A DNA stretch of 64,000 nt from contig JAKFUS010000029.1 in the NCBI GenBank assembly GCA_021732605.1, forward strand, positions 25,300-89,299, in the 5' to 3' direction. This document shows positions 59,907 to 64,000 of this stretch, one piece after another (the first letter of the stretch is position 1; every line of letters starts with the position of its first letter). The DNA comes from Betaproteobacteria bacterium. Lineage in GTDB: Bacteria; Pseudomonadota; Gammaproteobacteria; Burkholderiales; SG8-41. A model generated the notes under the pieces. That model made no database searches, was not told the DNA's origin, and worked only from the letters and a program-made list of their open reading frames with translations. The position numbers were made by a program, and so were the translations under genes.

Positions 59907-62018
59907 TTAGCGCAGCGAAGCACCGTCTTTCAGAATCTTCGGCGAAATGAAGATCAGCAGTTCGCGGCGATCATCCACGCGCAGATTGTTCTTGAACAGA
60001 AAACCGATATAGGGCAGATCGCCGAGCACGGGAACTTTGGTCGTCGTCGACCGTTCGTCCTGCGTGTAAATGCCGCCGATGACGACGGTACCGCCATTTT
60101 CGACCAGTACTTCGGTCACCACTTGTCTGGTGTCTATGGCAGGACCGGAAAGAGTGTTTTGGCCAACGCTGTCGTTGTTGACCTTCAGGTTCATGATCAC
60201 GTTGTCGTCGGGGGTGATCTGTGGCTTGACCTTCAGCGACAGCGTGGCCTTGCGGAACGACACGCTGGTTGCACCGCTGGAGGTGGCCTGCTGGTACGGA
60301 ATCTCCGTGCCTTGTTCGATGGTCGCTTCGATCTTGTCAGCCGTAATCACGCGCGGGCTGGAGATGATCTTGCCCTTGCCGTCAGCCTGCAGCGCGGACA
60401 GTTCCAGATTCAGGAACTTGGTGCTCTTGTCATTGAACAGCAGGAACGAGAACACCCCCGGATTGGCGCCGGACAGGCCTGGTGCCGGTAGGTTTACAAA
60501 CAAGCTGTCGTTGAAAGTCCCGGCGGTGGTGCTTTGACCGGTGGCTGCAGCAGTATTGGCAAGGCTGCCGCCAAACAGGCCATTGCTGCCATTGCCGCTG
60601 CCGATGCGGAAACCTTGCGCAGTCGTGTCGTTGAAACCCAGCCGTGCGCCGAGGTTGCGGCTGAAGGTATCGGTGGCTTCAACGATGCGCGACTCAATCA
60701 TCACCTGACGGACCGGGATGTCGATTTGCTTCAGCAGCTTGCGGATTTCCTCGAGTCGGGTCGGCGTGTCCTGCACGAACACGGTGTTAGTACGGACATC
60801 GACTACTGCACTGCCGCGCTTGGACAGGATTTTTTGCACCGGATCCGACAGCAGTTTCTGGAATTCAGCCGCTTTCTGATAGTTGACCTGCATGCTTTCC
60901 GTGCGCAGCGGCTCAAGGTCGGAAATCTGCGCGCGGGCTTCCAGTGCCAGTTTCTCGCGGGTGGCCAGTTCATCCCGCGGTGCTATCCACACCACGTTAC
61001 CGGTCTTGCGCATGTCCAGACCCTTGCTTTGCAGGATGATGTCCAGCGCCTGATCCCATGGCACATCCTTCAGGCGCAGCGTCAGGCTGCCGCCGACAGT
61101 GTCGCTGGTAATCACGTTGAGGCCGGTAAAGTCGGCGATGACCTGCAGCACTGCGCGAACCTCGACGTTCTGGAAGTTCAGCGACAGTTTTTCGCCGGCA
61201 AAACCCGGCTGCACCAGCCGGTTGGCGTCATCCGCAACTTTTTTGACTTCGAGGATGAACTTGTTGTCCGTCTGGTAAGCCGAGTGTTCCCAGGCGCCGC
61301 GCGGGGTAATGACCATGCGCGTGTTGTTGCCCTGGGTAAAGGTTTCAATGGTATCCACCGGAGTGCCGAAATCGACAACATCCAGCTTGCGCTCGAGGTT
61401 TTTCGGCACCGCGGTGTTGATGAAGTCGATGATCAGCGAACGGCCCTGAGTCCGCAGATCGATGCCGACCTGGTTGTCCGAGAGGTCGATCATCACCCGC
61501 CCTTCACCGGCCCGTCCGCGACGGAAATCAATGTCGCGCAGGCTGTGCTTGCCATCATTGGGTTTTGCTTGGGCGAAAGTCTGTGCCATCGGTGCCGGCG
61601 TGGCGCTGGCCGAAGCGACTCCGCCCAGCGTGATCATGATCGTGTTGCCTTCAATTTTTGCGTCATAACCCAGCGGCCGCGCGGTTTCCAGCACGATGCG
61701 GGAACGATCGCCGGCTTGCACGATATTGACGCGCCGGACATCCCCTTCGCCGACTTCCTGCACGTTTTTGCCAGAGCCGTTGGTGGTATTCGGGAAATCA
61801 AAAGCGATACGCGGCGGGTTGTTGACCGCAAAACTGGCCGGGGTTGCAGCCGGCGCGCTTTTGAGAGTGATCTTGACCAACGTCACGCCGCCCTGCTGTC
61901 CGGATACGTTGACCGTTTCGATGCTGTTCTGGGCATGGGTGGTCGTGGCCATCAGGGCAAAGCCTGTTGCGGCGACCAGACTGGAAACACGCGTCATTAA
62001 CTCGAAAAATCGGATCAT
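59907..62018 (-). CDS. pilQ: Type IV pilus secretin PilQ
   Basis: 703 aa with a signal peptide, AMIN-like N-terminal repeats, and the secretin C-terminus ...VPVLGDLPYIGFLFKN...RELLIFISPKIL. Confidence 0.95.
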   Translation of the reverse strand: MIRFFELMTRVSSLVAATGFALMATTTHAQNSIETVNVSGQQGGVTLVKITLKSAPAATPASFAVNNPPRIAFDFPNTTNGSGKNVQEVGEGDVRRVNIVQAGDRSRIVLETARPLGYDAKIEGNTIMITLGGVASASATPAPMAQTFAQAKPNDGKHSLRDIDFRRGRAGEGRVMIDLSDNQVGIDLRTQGRSLIIDFINTAVPKNLERKLDVVDFGTPVDTIETFTQGNNTRMVITPRGAWEHSAYQTDNKFILEVKKVADDANRLVQPGFAGEKLSLNFQNVEVRAVLQVIADFTGLNVITSDTVGGSLTLRLKDVPWDQALDIILQSKGLDMRKTGNVVWIAPRDELATREKLALEARAQISDLEPLRTESMQVNYQKAAEFQKLLSDPVQKILSKRGSAVVDVRTNTVFVQDTPTRLEEIRKLLKQIDIPVRQVMIESRIVEATDTFSRNLGARLGFNDTTAQGFRIGSGNGSNGLFGGSLANTAAATGQSTTAGTFNDSLFVNLPAPGLSGANPGVFSFLLFNDKSTKFLNLELSALQADGKGKIISSPRVITADKIEATIEQGTEIPYQQATSSGATSVSFRKATLSLKVKPQITPDDNVIMNLKVNNDSVGQNTLSGPAIDTRQVVTEVLVENGGTVVIGGIYTQDERSTTTKVPVLGDLPYIGFLFKNNLRVDDRRELLIFISPKILKDGASLR

Positions 62019-62545
62019 TTTTTAGTCTCCTGTTCTTGCAGCATCAGCGCCTGTTCTTTTTCTTCCCAGTTGCCGCCGCTGTCTTGAACGATTTCCTTAA
62101 GTTTGATGTCAGTTTCCGTGATACCCATGATCCGGCCAAAGTTCTGGCCCAGATAGTTGCCTGAAGAAACGCGGTATAGCCCTTTGTCCGGCGCCCGGAC
62201 CAGTGCAAAAATCTTGCCCTTCTGCTGCAAGGTGCCGACCATGGCGAGATTTTCGAGCGGAAATGCTTCCAGCGCTTCGCGTTGTCGGTTGAAGTCAGGT
62301 TGTATGCCGCCCTTGGCCGTCGTTTTCGGCGGTTCGATCTTGCGCTGCTTGAATGGATCGGTCAGATCATAGGCGTTGTACGCAAACGGTTCATACGGTT
62401 TGACATCAGGCAGCGGCGGGATCCGTCCGCCCGGTATTTTGTCGGATTCCTTGACGAATTCGCGCAGATCCGAATGCTCTTCCCCGCTGCACGCGCCCAA
62501 CAGCAGCGCACACGAAGCAATAAAAAGTGCCGATTTGGCATTCAT
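62015..62545 (-). CDS. pilP: Type IV pilus assembly lipoprotein PilP
   Basis: 176 aa with the lipobox LLLGAC. 4-nt overlaps with pilQ and pilO. Confidence 0.88.
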   Translation of the reverse strand: MNAKSALFIASCALLLGACSGEEHSDLREFVKESDKIPGGRIPPLPDVKPYEPFAYNAYDLTDPFKQRKIEPPKTTAKGGIQPDFNRQREALEAFPLENLAMVGTLQQKGKIFALVRAPDKGLYRVSSGNYLGQNFGRIMGITETDIKLKEIVQDSGGNWEEKEQALMLQEQETKK

Positions 62546-63165
62546 TTTTTGGCTCCGGCGCCCGGTTTTTTCTTCTGGGCTGAAATTTCGCCTTCATCAA
62601 GATAACGGAAGGTTTTAGCGGTGGCGTCCAGAGTCAGGCCGTCCTTGGCCGCACTCAGCGAAATATCGTTCAAGGTGACGATGCGCGAGAGTTTTCCGAT
62701 ATCGCTGGCAAACGCACCGAGGTCGTGATAATTGCCGGTGACCCGGATGGTGATCGGTAATTCTGCATAAAATTCACTTGCCGATTCATTAGCCGCCGGG
62801 CGGAACAGTTCGAACTGCAGGCCGCGGCCGAGGCCCGCCTGGTTGATGTCGGTGAGCAGGGCATCCATTTCCGATTTGCCCGGGAGTTGCTTCAGCAGGG
62901 CACCGAATTGTGATTCGATATCCACGAGCTGCTTGCGGTAGGCAGGCAGGTCAATCGCCTGCTTTTTCTTGCTCAGGAACGTGGTGCGTAGCTGTTCTTC
63001 CTTGGCTTTTGCGCCATCGATCTGGGTGATCTGGTCCTGCCAGTCGAACCAGTAGCTCGCGAACACCAATACCAGCAACAGCAGCAGCAGAACACCGAGC
63101 TTGGGCAGAATCGGCCAGCTGCCGATTCTGTTGGGATCCAGCCTTTTGAGTTCGTCCAAAGTCAT
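62542..63165 (-). CDS. pilO: Type IV pilus assembly protein PilO
   Basis: 207 aa with a single TM segment followed by a coiled coil. Position in the pilMNOPQ order supports the call. Confidence 0.88.
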   Translation of the reverse strand: MTLDELKRLDPNRIGSWPILPKLGVLLLLLLVLVFASYWFDWQDQITQIDGAKAKEEQLRTTFLSKKKQAIDLPAYRKQLVDIESQFGALLKQLPGKSEMDALLTDINQAGLGRGLQFELFRPAANESASEFYAELPITIRVTGNYHDLGAFASDIGKLSRIVTLNDISLSAAKDGLTLDATAKTFRYLDEGEISAQKKKPGAGAKK

Positions 63166-63168
63166 GGT

Positions 63169-63750
63169 TTAGCCCTTCTTCCCGCCTTTTTTGGCATCCG
63201 ACTCGACTTCACGCACGACATCAATATTCATTGTGAATTCGTTGATGCGAGCGCCGCCTGCTGACCCAGCCTTGATTTCCACCAGATTGGCGTTTTTCAG
63301 ATACTGCGAACCCTCAAGGTTACGCATCAGCGTTGAAACACGCGCCTGAGACTGGGTATATCCGCTGATGGCCACCTTGGTGCCTTGCTGCTTGATCGAT
63401 TTCAGATACATGCCATCCGGAAGCTGCCGGATCAGCTGGTCGAGCAGATGCACGACCTCAGCGCGGTTGCTTTGCAGGGTTTCCACCACCTGCTTGCGTT
63501 TGAGCAGTGCTGCGGTCTGCTCTTTCAGCTTGTTGATCTCGGCAATTTCCTTGTCGAGCTTGACGATCTCGCCGTCAAGATAGCTGTTGCGGGCTTTTTG
63601 GTTGGTCAGTTGGCCGTCGAGGTATGTGTGCACCACGCCCCAGATGACGGCGCTGGTCACGAGAACCACGCCCAGCATGATGAAGAACTGGGTTTGCTGC
63701 TGCTTGCGCCGCATCTCGCGATGCGGCAGGAGATTGATGCGGGTCGTCAT
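63169..63750 (-). CDS. pilN: Type IV pilus assembly protein PilN
   Basis: 193 aa: MTTRINLLPHREMRRKQQ, then a TM segment. Confidence 0.9.
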   Translation of the reverse strand: MTTRINLLPHREMRRKQQQTQFFIMLGVVLVTSAVIWGVVHTYLDGQLTNQKARNSYLDGEIVKLDKEIAEINKLKEQTAALLKRKQVVETLQSNRAEVVHLLDQLIRQLPDGMYLKSIKQQGTKVAISGYTQSQARVSTLMRNLEGSQYLKNANLVEIKAGSAGGARINEFTMNIDVVREVESDAKKGGKKG

Positions 63751-64000
63751 TTATCAAACCTCCTCATGGCGAGGCCGCAGGCGACCATTAGCGACGGCGC
63801 GTCCTGTTTGAGGTTTTTTTCGCGAATACGGCTGGACATGGACATGCTGGAAAACGGATTGGCAACAGAGGTTTCCACCTGGGTGCGCTTGGCAACGGCC
63901 TCATCCATGCCGGGGATTGCGGCGCAACCGCCGGACAGCACGATGTAATCCACTTTGTTGAACTGTGTAGAAGAGAAAAAGAACTGGATCGCGCGCGCGA
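63747..64000 (-). CDS. pilM: Type IV pilus assembly ATPase-fold protein PilM, C-terminal fragment (5' end beyond the window)
   Basis: My translation continues past the track's internal GTG: ARAIQFFFSSTQFNKVDYIVLSGGCAAIPGMDEAVAKR...ACGLAMRRFDK. ATGA overlap with pilN. Confidence 0.9.
   Translation of the reverse strand, partial: ARAIQFFFSSTQFNKVDYIVLSGGCAAIPGMDEAVAKRTQVETSVANPFSSMSMSSRIREKNLKQDAPSLMVACGLAMRRFDK

Overview
This window is a GC-rich, origin-proximal and almost entirely housekeeping chromosomal segment. Gene content and order look betaproteobacterial, which is an inference from synteny only. Reading left to right: fba(class I, partial)-pyk-pgk-gap-tkt, ntrX-ntrY-DUF4390-rsmB-fmt-def (all minus), LysM protein-dprA-type IA topoisomerase (plus), gyrB-dnaN-dnaA (minus). 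These diverge from rpmH-rnpA-yidC-mnmE-mnmG-rsmG-parA-parB-atpIBEFHAG-[lipoprotein]-atpDC-glmU-glmS (plus). The rest is all minus: two tandem dsbA, a SPOR protein, argS, priA, hemE, gltD, gltB, dgt-like, aroB, aroK, pilQ-P-O-N-M. I see no tRNA, rRNA, CRISPR array, transposase, integrase, or recognisable defence or toxin module, and no convincing new multi-gene system. The unusual signals are small. (1) A low-GC lipoprotein gene sits between atpG and atpD inside the ATP synthase operon. (2) A near-identical 19-20 bp AT-rich motif, which matches the IHF consensus, occurs in three short intergenic spacers. (3) A roughly 110-160 bp dispersed intergenic repeat has two copies. (4) Two parS sites lie between mnmE and mnmG. 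(5) Two regions carry DnaA boxes: the AT-rich dnaA-dnaN spacer and the 320-bp hemE-priA spacer. (6) Short tandem repeat arrays lie upstream of dsbA and fba. (7) NtrX has a degenerate AAA+ module. Two genes missing from the supplied ORF track were recovered by hand: the partial class I aldolase at the left edge and the 44-codon rpmH. Several track ORF starts were trimmed to better-supported starts. The many long ORFs antisense to well-supported genes are treated as GC-driven shadow ORFs.
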